NCBI GenBank assembly: GCA_963845185.1
Contig: CAWJRG010000010.1
Coordinates: 480,001 to 544,000, forward strand
From: an uncultured bacterium
GTDB taxonomy: Bacteria > Oederibacteriota > PGYV01 > CAWJRG01
Direction: 5' to 3'
Length of the DNA stretch: 64,000 nucleotides
The notes below the pieces were generated by a model, which did no database searches, had not been told where the DNA came from, and worked only from the letters and a program-made list of their open reading frames with translations. This document shows positions 1 through 7,899 of this stretch, in pieces. Numbering within the stretch: the stretch's first letter is position 1; the number at the start of each line of letters is the position of its first letter. The translations under genes were made by a program, and so were the position numbers.

Positions 1-409
1 CATTGCCGCCGGCCTTAAAAGGCAGAATCACGCGTGCCCATGTTTCTCCCCTGTCTTTTGAAATATGGAAAGCACCGTTCCTGTCTGTTTCTCTCGTGTA
101 TTTGCCGTTCATCATGTAAACTTTGTCCGGGTCGTTTGCATCCACTGCCATGCTCAATACGCCGTTGTAGTCTGCCTCATCCTTGCCGAACATGTCAGTT
201 ATGCATAACCACCCGCCTTTTTTGGCGTTATAGCGGTACGCCCCGCCCATGTCTGTGCGCAAATATATAAGGCCGGGCTCACCTGGGTGGAATATAATGC
301 CGGGTATGAACCCCCCGCCTCCGGTTATAACACTTTTCCATGTATATGAAGTTTTTTCAGTATGTTTTTTTATTGTTTTTGCTTTGGTTGTCCTGGATTT
401 GACGCTCAT
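1..409 (-). CDS. GH74 xyloglucanase-like protein, 5' part (runs off the left edge; not in ORF track)
   Basis: Manual translation from ATG 409: MSVKSRTTKAKTIKKHTEKTSYTWKSVITGGGGFIPGIIFHPGEPGLIYLRTDMGGAYRY...SKDRGETW...LPFKAGGN. This has the GH74 N-terminal signature (GGGGF..G..FHP, RTD.GGAY with a catalytic Asp) and an Asp-box. Confidence 0.9.
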   Translation of the reverse strand, partial: MSVKSRTTKAKTIKKHTEKTSYTWKSVITGGGGFIPGIIFHPGEPGLIYLRTDMGGAYRYNAKKGGWLCITDMFGKDEADYNGVLSMAVDANDPDKVYMMNGKYTRETDRNGAFHISKDRGETWARVILPFKAGGN

Positions 410-432
410 TAGATACCTTTGAATTTATATTT

Positions 433-461
433 GTAGAGACGACCCGCCGGGCCGTCTCTAC
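433..461. repeat. GTAG-type REP-like palindrome
   Basis: GTAGAGACG-ACCCGCCGGGC-CGTCTCTAC; related copies at 17966, 37289 and 43902. Confidence 0.75.
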
Positions 462-473
462 TGTCTAAAGATT

Positions 474-1781
474 TTATTTTTTCCCGCTGAAATACTCGTC
501 GTTTATTTCCTTTGTTATTTTTTTCAGGGCTTTCTCTGCCGTGTCTTCGTCGTTCCACACCCTGTCAAGCGCCGGGCTTATATATTTGATTCCTATTTCC
601 TCCCACTCTTTTATAAGCGGCGTGAAATGGATGTATTTAACTGCGTCAAGCATGATTTTCTTGTTTTTCGGCTTTTGGTCGTCCATAAACTGCTTTGACT
701 CCGCGAGTTTTATTATGGCAGGCTGCAGGCCGCCTTCGCTCGACAAATCTATCTGGCCCTTTTCGCCCGCGAACCTTTTTAAGACCTGCCATGCCAGTTC
801 CTTATTTTTGCACTGGCTCGTTATGGCATAGCCTGAACCGCCTGAAGGAAATCCTCTTTTGCCTTTCGGGCCCTTGGGAAACATAACTACATCCCAGTCG
901 AAATCTTTTATGTCCCTGAAATACCCCGCTTTCCAGTAACCTGTATAAAACATGGCTATCTTGCCCTCCGTGAATTTGGAAGCCGTGCCGTACCATCCCA
1001 TGGTAGTGGAATTGATTACCACAGGCGGGGGTGTTACCTTGTATTTGTTCGCCAGGTCTGCCCTGAACTGGATTCCCGCTATTGCCTCAGGCGAATCAAG
1101 CACTATTTTTGTCGGGTGCTTAATATCGTCCACTATGGCGCCGCCGTTTGAGTAAACCCACGCTTCCCATATTGTCCACTCGTCGAGGAACCCGTACTGC
1201 GTTACATTTCCTTTGGCGTCCCTTTTTGTCAGTTTTTGCGCTTTTTCAAGCAAATCCTTCCATGTCCAGTCGTCTTTCGGGTACGCTACACCTGCCTCGT
1301 CGAACAGCTTTTTGTTGTAATAAACAACGCATATGGGCGCTATGTCCCTGGGTATCACGTATAATTTCTTGTCAACCGTGAACCTGTCCACAATCTCCGG
1401 GTAATAATCCTTTATATTGAAATCCTTGTCCTTGTCGTTTTCGATATAAGGCGTGAGGTCCACGAGCAGGCCGCTGTCTTGCAGGTACTTAAAATTACCT
1501 TCCTCGACAAAAAGTATGTCGGGCAAATTTCCTCCTGCTGCCTCGGTCATGACTTTTTCCATGTACGGGCTTCCCGATGGCGCGCGTTCCTGCGTCACTG
1601 TAATGCCTTTTGTCAATTTAATGTCTTTTATGATTTTTTCGACGTTTTTCATTTCTATTATGTCGCCCCAGTGCATGACCCGGATTTTGTCGGTTTTTTG
1701 GCCGCCGCCGCAGGCACCAAAAATTAGGGCTAATAAAATAAAAGCAAAAAATAAATATAAAAATATTCTAATTTTTTTCAT
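474..1781 (-). CDS. Sugar ABC transporter substrate-binding lipoprotein (SBP_bac_1/8 type)
   Basis: Lipobox IFGAC; motifs LPDILF, LVDLTPY, VYYNKKLFDEAGVAYP..DWTW, FTEGKIAM; GGAGG RBS. Confidence 0.92.
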   Translation of the reverse strand: MKKIRIFLYLFFAFILLALIFGACGGGQKTDKIRVMHWGDIIEMKNVEKIIKDIKLTKGITVTQERAPSGSPYMEKVMTEAAGGNLPDILFVEEGNFKYLQDSGLLVDLTPYIENDKDKDFNIKDYYPEIVDRFTVDKKLYVIPRDIAPICVVYYNKKLFDEAGVAYPKDDWTWKDLLEKAQKLTKRDAKGNVTQYGFLDEWTIWEAWVYSNGGAIVDDIKHPTKIVLDSPEAIAGIQFRADLANKYKVTPPPVVINSTTMGWYGTASKFTEGKIAMFYTGYWKAGYFRDIKDFDWDVVMFPKGPKGKRGFPSGGSGYAITSQCKNKELAWQVLKRFAGEKGQIDLSSEGGLQPAIIKLAESKQFMDDQKPKNKKIMLDAVKYIHFTPLIKEWEEIGIKYISPALDRVWNDEDTAEKALKKITKEINDEYFSGKK

Positions 1782-1806
1782 TTTAAAACCTCCTTAGAGT
1801 CCGTTC

Positions 1807-1903
1807 ATTTTGCCAAGCGTCAACATGCAGTCAAATAGTCCGGGGTGATTATTTGACGGGTTGTTTCCGTAAATCATTTAATATAAAAACTACCCGGCAA
1901 AAT
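1807..1903. repeat. Three-stem palindromic element, copy 1
   Basis: ATTTTGCC...GTCAAATAGTC-CGGGGT-GATTATTTGAC-GGGTTGTTT...AAACTACCC-GGCAAAAT; homologous core at 41514-41579. Confidence 0.6.
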
Positions 1904-1929
1904 CTTACAAAATCTTGTACCCACTCCAG

Positions 1930-2178
1930 TTTAAGGCCGCAAGGCCGAAAACCCCCAATCTCAGCCAGCATCTTCTTAAAATCCTCTGTTTCGTTTGAAA
2001 GAGCTCCTCTAAATCTGACTTAACCTTCTTTTGTCACCGCTGTAACATAACACATGTTCTTGTACACATCAACACCGAAATACAATATACGGCACCTCCT
2101 ATGTTTTTAATGTTGTGGGTGCTAACGCACGCCGCGTTACCATTATACCTGGGGGGTGCCTTCTTTTCATATTACATC
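1930..2178 (-). mobile_element. Degenerate IS110-family relic (non-coding left end plus transposase N-terminus)
   Basis: After AGGAGG, the frame from 2088 reads ILYFGVDVYKNMCYVTAVTKEG*VRFRGALSNETEDFKKMLAEIG. This resembles the RuvC-like DEDD start (Y.G.D..K) of IS110 transposases; internal stop at 2022-2020, truncated. Boundaries approximate. Confidence 0.65.
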
Positions 2179-2241
2179 TCCCTAAATAGGGAAAGGGGCG
2201 GGGGTGCGGGTGCATTCATGGTGATGCATTATTATTTCACT

Positions 2242-5200
2242 TTATTGCACCGCAAGATAGTCCAGATTGACACACCCGTCGCCTTTGTCCTTTTGAAGCG
2301 TTATTATATTGTCGCCTTTTTTCAGCATAAGAATGATGGCTACGTTGTCCCATGTGTCCCAGTCTTCAAGGGCCTTGAATTTCAATTTCCTCTTGAATTT
2401 CCCGTTCACATAAAGGCTTAATGTCTGTTCGCTTCCCATGGCATTGGCGTAACGGATTAAAATATGGTATTTCCCGGCGGTGGAAACCGTTACCGTAAAG
2501 GCCGTCTTTTGCCCGAAGCCCTGGTAATAACCTGCTACGAATCCTTTGCCCGAATAATCGTCATGATCCGTAGCTACACCGGCACCGCCGGATAAGGACG
2601 CATCCTCAGCCTCATAAACCGCGCCTGCAGGCTTCGGAACCGGATTGGGCTTCCCTGTAGCAGCAACCTGCTGTATTTCATCGGCCGATCGGTCCAATTC
2701 CAGAGCGACAATTGTTTCTTTGGCTTCGCTATTTTCAGTATCAAGAAAAACTTCAATTTTGCGCTTTGTCTGGAGGAAGCCGGCATGTCCGCCGGTCAGT
2801 ACGGCCGCATACACGACCCTGGCCGGAATACCGGGAAGAATAAGTTTATTTTCCCGCCATTGGCTGAGATGTATATAAATCGTTTTGTTCTTATGTGTCG
2901 AGTATCCGTAATCGCCCGGCAGGAAAGGGCCAGGTTGTCCATCCGCAACCGGTTTGCTTTCCGGAATCGCCTTTCCGTTTGCCGGCGGCGAAAAAAACCA
3001 GGAACCGGCCTGGGAAAAAGCCGCTGCTCCTTCTCCTCCCGAGTATATCCGGTGACGGCTGGCCGATTTTTCCAAAAGTACGCTTGTTTTTTCAGGAGAT
3101 TTGCCCTGCTCATCAAACACGGCAAGGATATTCTCACCGGCTTTCATCCAGCATGATGGCAGCCAGATACCGGGGCATCCCTTCAGTATTTCAGGGTAAC
3201 GGCCAAGGTTATGGCCGTTGAGCCAGATGCTGCCTGCGGAAAGCCCGTCCGTGGCAAAGCGGTAAACGCAGCCTGCTTCCGGAATTTTAGAAAGGTTAAA
3301 AGCCGTCCTGTAATAGGCGGGCATCCCGCCGGTCGCGGCCGGAGCCGACCATTTCAGGCCGGAATCGTCAGGGTTCACGCCTCCCTTCATTTTCCATCCG
3401 GCCAATGTCACGGAGCTGTCTTGCGAAACTACCGGGCCGGCCAGCCCCTTCCATGCGTCCAGGAAAGTTAAGCTGCCTGTAACAGCGTAAAATTTGCTTC
3501 TTCCGGCATGCGCTGTAAAAACAGACAGTTCATGGTTCCCGGCTGTCATGGTGATGGGGACTTCAAACGCATTCACCATTATTTTCGCATCATAATATGA
3601 GGCCAATTTTCCATCCACGAAAAAGGAAGCCCTGTCGCCGATATGCTTGAACTTAAATATGTTGACCGTGTTTATGCTGGAAACCCGGGTAAAGTACCAG
3701 GCGTAAGCAGAAGTATCCCCATCCTGGCCCATTGCCGGCGGATTTCCGTCCGGCAGGGAGAACCATGCCATGGAATCCTGATGGGGAGGAATCTCCAAAG
3801 CCATATTCCACCCGGCTAAATGAATTATTTCAGGTGAAGCAGCATCGGCCGCCGGTAATTTGGCTTTCTGGCTGCCTTTCCCGCTGTAAATAACAAGTTC
3901 GGAGGCCGCGGGAACTCCAAAAGGATAATCTACGGAATATTGCGGATTGCCTGAAGCGTCCAGATTGAATTCATTGAGATAGGAAGCGCCGACGACGATC
4001 TGGCGGCCGGCAGCAGTATCAACGAACCATGTCCTGTCAACAGTTTCCTTGTTCATAACCAGTAGCCGGATTTTAGCCGTACTAAAATCGAGCAGTTCTT
4101 CGCCCACACCCTTTGACGGAAAAACAAAAGAAAGAGTGGTGGTGGATCCGGGCTTGAGCTGGAACCCCGCGTTTTGAACGGTCACCCCGGTTCCGGCTTT
4201 CACGCTTTCAAATTTGACTTTTCCGGATTCCCCTGTCCCGCCGAAGCAAACCATGGTCGTAATGTCTCCTTGTGAGACAATGCCCAAAAGACGGCTGTCT
4301 GCCCGGGCCAGAGTAACTCCCGGAGCAACAGGAACATTGACGGCTATTCCTGTGATTTCGCCCGGAGCCAGCTTAATCCTGGTTCCATCTTTTAAGATTG
4401 CCGTGGCCCCGGTGGTTCCTTGGTTGTCCAGGAACACCAGGGTTCCATCCGGACCGGTCCGGGCCGTTATTGAGACGCCCTGTGCGAAACCCTGGAACTG
4501 TTCTGTGGCATCATTGCTGCAGGCGAGAATTCCTGAAAAGGTGCCGGCAAAATAGGCCAGCCGTTTGAGCCTGAAATAAAGCTCACGCGTCTCTCCTCCC
4601 TGCCCTATGAGCGTCCCGAAATCATAGCTGGACGCCACCTCGTCGTTATTGAAATAACCGAAATTTGTGCCGCCATGACACATATAGAGATTGAAACCGT
4701 TGCCGCCGTGCGCTAAAACACGCCATGGATGCCGCTCGCCGTTCCTTAAATCCTCTTTGCTGTTTCCGAAGCGGTCAAACCAGGTTGTCCACAGTTCGGT
4801 GCACATCCATGGGTTTTTCCGCATGGAGGTGTCAATGGGCGTTTCCGGAGCCGGGTCGCTGCCGTGGTGAAGGCCGCTGAAATACATCGGCACTTCCAGC
4901 CCATTCCGGCGCGCCAGACCGAGCAGGTACTCAAAATAACCGTTGTCCATGTCCAGTCCCCAGTGCCGGCCATTGTCTGTGGCCTGCTCGTTTTCCAATT
5001 GGATTAGGATGACGTTGCCACCCTTATGAATCTGGCGTTTGGCGATGATCGGGAGCATCTTGTCAAACCAGGCATCCACGCATTTTAGGAAAGGCTTGTT
5101 ATCTTTGCGGACTTCCACGCCATCCTTGAAGTAAAGCCATGTGGGGAACCCGCCATTTTCCCACTCGGAACAGATGTATGGACCTACCCGGACAATGGCC

Positions 5201-5589
5201 CAAAGGCCGACTTTCTTGGCAATATCAAGGAATTCGCCTATGTCACGGCTTTCTGTAGTGAAATCAAACTGCCCTTCTTTCATTTCGTGGTAGTTCCAGA
5301 AAATATATGTCTCGACCGTGTTGAACCCGGCGCGTTTGAGCTTGAGCAGTATATCGTACCAGTTTTCCCTCGGCACCCTCGCGTAATGCACACTGCCCGA
5401 AACTATGAAGACGCGCTTGCCGTTGATGACGAACCCGTGGTTGTCGAAATTGACGGCCCTGACCGCCCCGGTCGCAGGAGGCAGGATGTCGTCGTTTGGC
5501 TGGTAATTCCATATGCCGGCCCGTCCTGCTGCCGGCAGGAAAGCGGTTAAACCCAGCAGCATAAAAAATTTTTCAAACAGTTTTTTCAT
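2242..5589 (-). CDS. GH35 beta-galactosidase with fucosidase-type C-terminal beta-domain and CBM35-like module
   Basis: Signal peptide; SGSVHYARVP, GFNTVETYIFWNYHE, RVGPYICSEW, IQLENE, MCTELW, YMCHGGTNFG; C-terminal YEAE...YSGKGFV...NLDYL. Confidence 0.92.
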   Translation of the reverse strand: MKKLFEKFFMLLGLTAFLPAAGRAGIWNYQPNDDILPPATGAVRAVNFDNHGFVINGKRVFIVSGSVHYARVPRENWYDILLKLKRAGFNTVETYIFWNYHEMKEGQFDFTTESRDIGEFLDIAKKVGLWAIVRVGPYICSEWENGGFPTWLYFKDGVEVRKDNKPFLKCVDAWFDKMLPIIAKRQIHKGGNVILIQLENEQATDNGRHWGLDMDNGYFEYLLGLARRNGLEVPMYFSGLHHGSDPAPETPIDTSMRKNPWMCTELWTTWFDRFGNSKEDLRNGERHPWRVLAHGGNGFNLYMCHGGTNFGYFNNDEVASSYDFGTLIGQGGETRELYFRLKRLAYFAGTFSGILACSNDATEQFQGFAQGVSITARTGPDGTLVFLDNQGTTGATAILKDGTRIKLAPGEITGIAVNVPVAPGVTLARADSRLLGIVSQGDITTMVCFGGTGESGKVKFESVKAGTGVTVQNAGFQLKPGSTTTLSFVFPSKGVGEELLDFSTAKIRLLVMNKETVDRTWFVDTAAGRQIVVGASYLNEFNLDASGNPQYSVDYPFGVPAASELVIYSGKGSQKAKLPAADAASPEIIHLAGWNMALEIPPHQDSMAWFSLPDGNPPAMGQDGDTSAYAWYFTRVSSINTVNIFKFKHIGDRASFFVDGKLASYYDAKIMVNAFEVPITMTAGNHELSVFTAHAGRSKFYAVTGSLTFLDAWKGLAGPVVSQDSSVTLAGWKMKGGVNPDDSGLKWSAPAATGGMPAYYRTAFNLSKIPEAGCVYRFATDGLSAGSIWLNGHNLGRYPEILKGCPGIWLPSCWMKAGENILAVFDEQGKSPEKTSVLLEKSASRHRIYSGGEGAAAFSQAGSWFFSPPANGKAIPESKPVADGQPGPFLPGDYGYSTHKNKTIYIHLSQWRENKLILPGIPARVVYAAVLTGGHAGFLQTKRKIEVFLDTENSEAKETIVALELDRSADEIQQVAATGKPNPVPKPAGAVYEAEDASLSGGAGVATDHDDYSGKGFVAGYYQGFGQKTAFTVTVSTAGKYHILIRYANAMGSEQTLSLYVNGKFKRKLKFKALEDWDTWDNVAIILMLKKGDNIITLQKDKGDGCVNLDYLAVQ

Positions 5590-5624
5590 CCGGTTTTTTC
5601 TCGCTCAATAGTTTTTAAACCCGG

Positions 5625-7799
5625 TTACTGTATCGCCAGATAATCAAGGTTGACGCATCCGTCACCTTTTTCCTTCTGGAGGGCTATGGTGTTATCGCCT
5701 TTTGTCAAATCCAGCTCAAAATCCAGGTTAGCCCAGGTTTCCCAATCCGGGGTAGTTTCAAACTCCAGCTTCTGCGTAAACTTTCCGTTGACGTACATGC
5801 TCAGGGCCTGCACGCTTCCCGTTCCGTTTGAATACCTTATAACAGCTTTGTGTTTCCCGCCTTCTTCAATCTTCACCTTGAATTCCGTTTTTTGGCCCAT
5901 GCCCATGTAATATCCGGCAACAAACCCCTTGCCTGAATAGCCGTCGTGATCATTTGCTATATATGCTCCGCCTGATAAAACAGCATTCTCGGCATTATAT
6001 GCTGTTCCATTCGGTTTTGGGACGGTCCAGTCATGCTCAGGGTAAGGCGGTTCCTGGAACGGCACCGGTTCCAGATCCGTTCCCGAAACTTTCAGGGTGG
6101 CGGTGTAGTCTGAAACGTGCCGGTCCGGAAGCGTGACTAAAAGGCCATCCTTGTCCTGTTTCCAGTCCAGCTTGCCTTGATATCCCAATAAGCTCACGTT
6201 TTGAATTATGTTTTGTTTTTTGCCCTCCACAGAAGCCAAAGACTTTACGAGTACTTTGCTGTCCTGCGGCAAGCCCATTATTATGGCGTAGAGTATATCC
6301 CCTTTGACAGTAAAGCGGATATCAGCCGGCTTGTAATGCATAACTCTCTCGCTGACCGCTCCCCCGCGGGCCTTAATGGGGCCCTCGCCGAAAACCTTCC
6401 ATGGACGTGTGCCAAAAATGCATTCCTGGTTGACAGCCATCCAGTCAGCCATGCCCTTCAGGAATGCCAGCTCGTCAGGGTCAAGCGTGCCGTCGCCCTT
6501 TACCGGGATGGAAAGCAGCAAATTCCCGTTCTTGGAAACAATGTCGCAGAGCATGTGCACGACCTGGTCTACGGTCTTATATCCATGGCGCTTATAAATG
6601 CCGGCGTCATAGTGCCAGTTGCCAATGCAGGAGCAGGTTTGCCAGTGCAGAGGCTCGATGCCGGCTGCGCCGCCGCGCTCATAATCTTCTACTACTGCAG
6701 AAAGGTGTTCTGGTTTCAGCTTCTTAGCCGTAACAACAGCCTCAAGCTTGCCGTTATGGAAGGCCATGTTGGAGTTATAAAAGTCCGTGACGAGGTCCAG
6801 GCCTGTCTGGCCGAAGGGAAGCTCGGTGTCATCAAAATATACCAGGTCCGGGTGGTATTTTTCCACGAGTTCCTGGGTACGCAAATACCATTTGTCAACG
6901 TAGTAAGGATTATTTGGAGGCCCGGTCTCAAACCACTCATCGTCGTTCTTCGTGTACCAGTCCTGCATATCCTGCCATGTTTTAATGCCGTCCGGAACCA
7001 CAATGGCCGGTCCGGCGTATAATTCCTGTGGGTCAAGCCCTTCCCACCACTTGCCTTTCCCGTCCTCCCTGGTCATCCAGCCGTCATAGCGGACACCGGC
7101 TTTCGGGCCTTCAGGGTCATAACCGTACGCGGTCTGGAACCAGTGCCAGGCATGAGAGGAATGGTTGGAAACGCCAAAGTACAACCCTGCGGCAAGCGCC
7201 GCCTTTTGCCATATGCCTACTATATCCTTATGCGGCCCGATGCGCACGGAATTCCATTCCTGGTATGTTGAATCGTAGCAGTCGAAGTTATCGTGGTGAT
7301 TGGCAAGAGCCACGAAATATTTGGCTCCTGCGGCCTTGTATAAAGCCATGAGTTTCTCAGGATCCCAGTTCTCGGCGTGCCAGATGTTGTCAATATCCTT
7401 GAACCCGTATTCTGTAGGGTGCCCGTAGTTTTTCAAATGGTCGTCGTACTGGTCGTTGTTGTTGACGTGGAGATACATCTGGCGGGCGTACCAGTCCCCG
7501 CATTCAGGCTGGCACTGGCCGCTCCAATGCGCCCAGATGCCGAACTTGGCGTCCTGGAACCACTCAGGGCATTTATAATTTTTAGCCAGCGACTTCCAGT
7601 TCGGCTTGAAAGGACCCTTGGCGACAGTGCGCTTCGGCAAAGTCTTATGCGGCAAAGCCGGCAATTTCCGGCCATTAACGTCTGAAATCTTGTTATCCAT
7701 TCCCATGGAAATACCATATGACGTCATAATGACAACCAATCCTAAATGAAGCTGGAATGCCCATTTAAATATTTTTTTCATACAATAAATTCCTTTCAT
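5625..7799 (-). CDS. GH29 alpha-L-fucosidase with C-terminal CBM35-like module (start may be 7781)
   Basis: WFQDAKFGIWAHW, AGAKYFVALANHHDNF, VYFDD, DIVSKNGNLLL, IFGTRPW; hydrophobic N-terminus. Confidence 0.92.
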   Translation of the reverse strand: MKGIYCMKKIFKWAFQLHLGLVVIMTSYGISMGMDNKISDVNGRKLPALPHKTLPKRTVAKGPFKPNWKSLAKNYKCPEWFQDAKFGIWAHWSGQCQPECGDWYARQMYLHVNNNDQYDDHLKNYGHPTEYGFKDIDNIWHAENWDPEKLMALYKAAGAKYFVALANHHDNFDCYDSTYQEWNSVRIGPHKDIVGIWQKAALAAGLYFGVSNHSSHAWHWFQTAYGYDPEGPKAGVRYDGWMTREDGKGKWWEGLDPQELYAGPAIVVPDGIKTWQDMQDWYTKNDDEWFETGPPNNPYYVDKWYLRTQELVEKYHPDLVYFDDTELPFGQTGLDLVTDFYNSNMAFHNGKLEAVVTAKKLKPEHLSAVVEDYERGGAAGIEPLHWQTCSCIGNWHYDAGIYKRHGYKTVDQVVHMLCDIVSKNGNLLLSIPVKGDGTLDPDELAFLKGMADWMAVNQECIFGTRPWKVFGEGPIKARGGAVSERVMHYKPADIRFTVKGDILYAIIMGLPQDSKVLVKSLASVEGKKQNIIQNVSLLGYQGKLDWKQDKDGLLVTLPDRHVSDYTATLKVSGTDLEPVPFQEPPYPEHDWTVPKPNGTAYNAENAVLSGGAYIANDHDGYSGKGFVAGYYMGMGQKTEFKVKIEEGGKHKAVIRYSNGTGSVQALSMYVNGKFTQKLEFETTPDWETWANLDFELDLTKGDNTIALQKEKGDGCVNLDYLAIQ

Positions 7800-7899
7800 G
7801 ATTCTTCCCGGGATAGTGTTTAAGCTCCGGGAGTTATTTTCTCTCGGTGATGGAACTGATTTTTATGGGGTTTTCAATACACTCTGCCACAAAAATGAA

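Noticed and set aside
6201..7022. 273-aa plus-strand ORF and the many other short antisense ORFs in the track
   Set aside because: Shadows of well-supported minus-strand genes, with no recognisable motifs.
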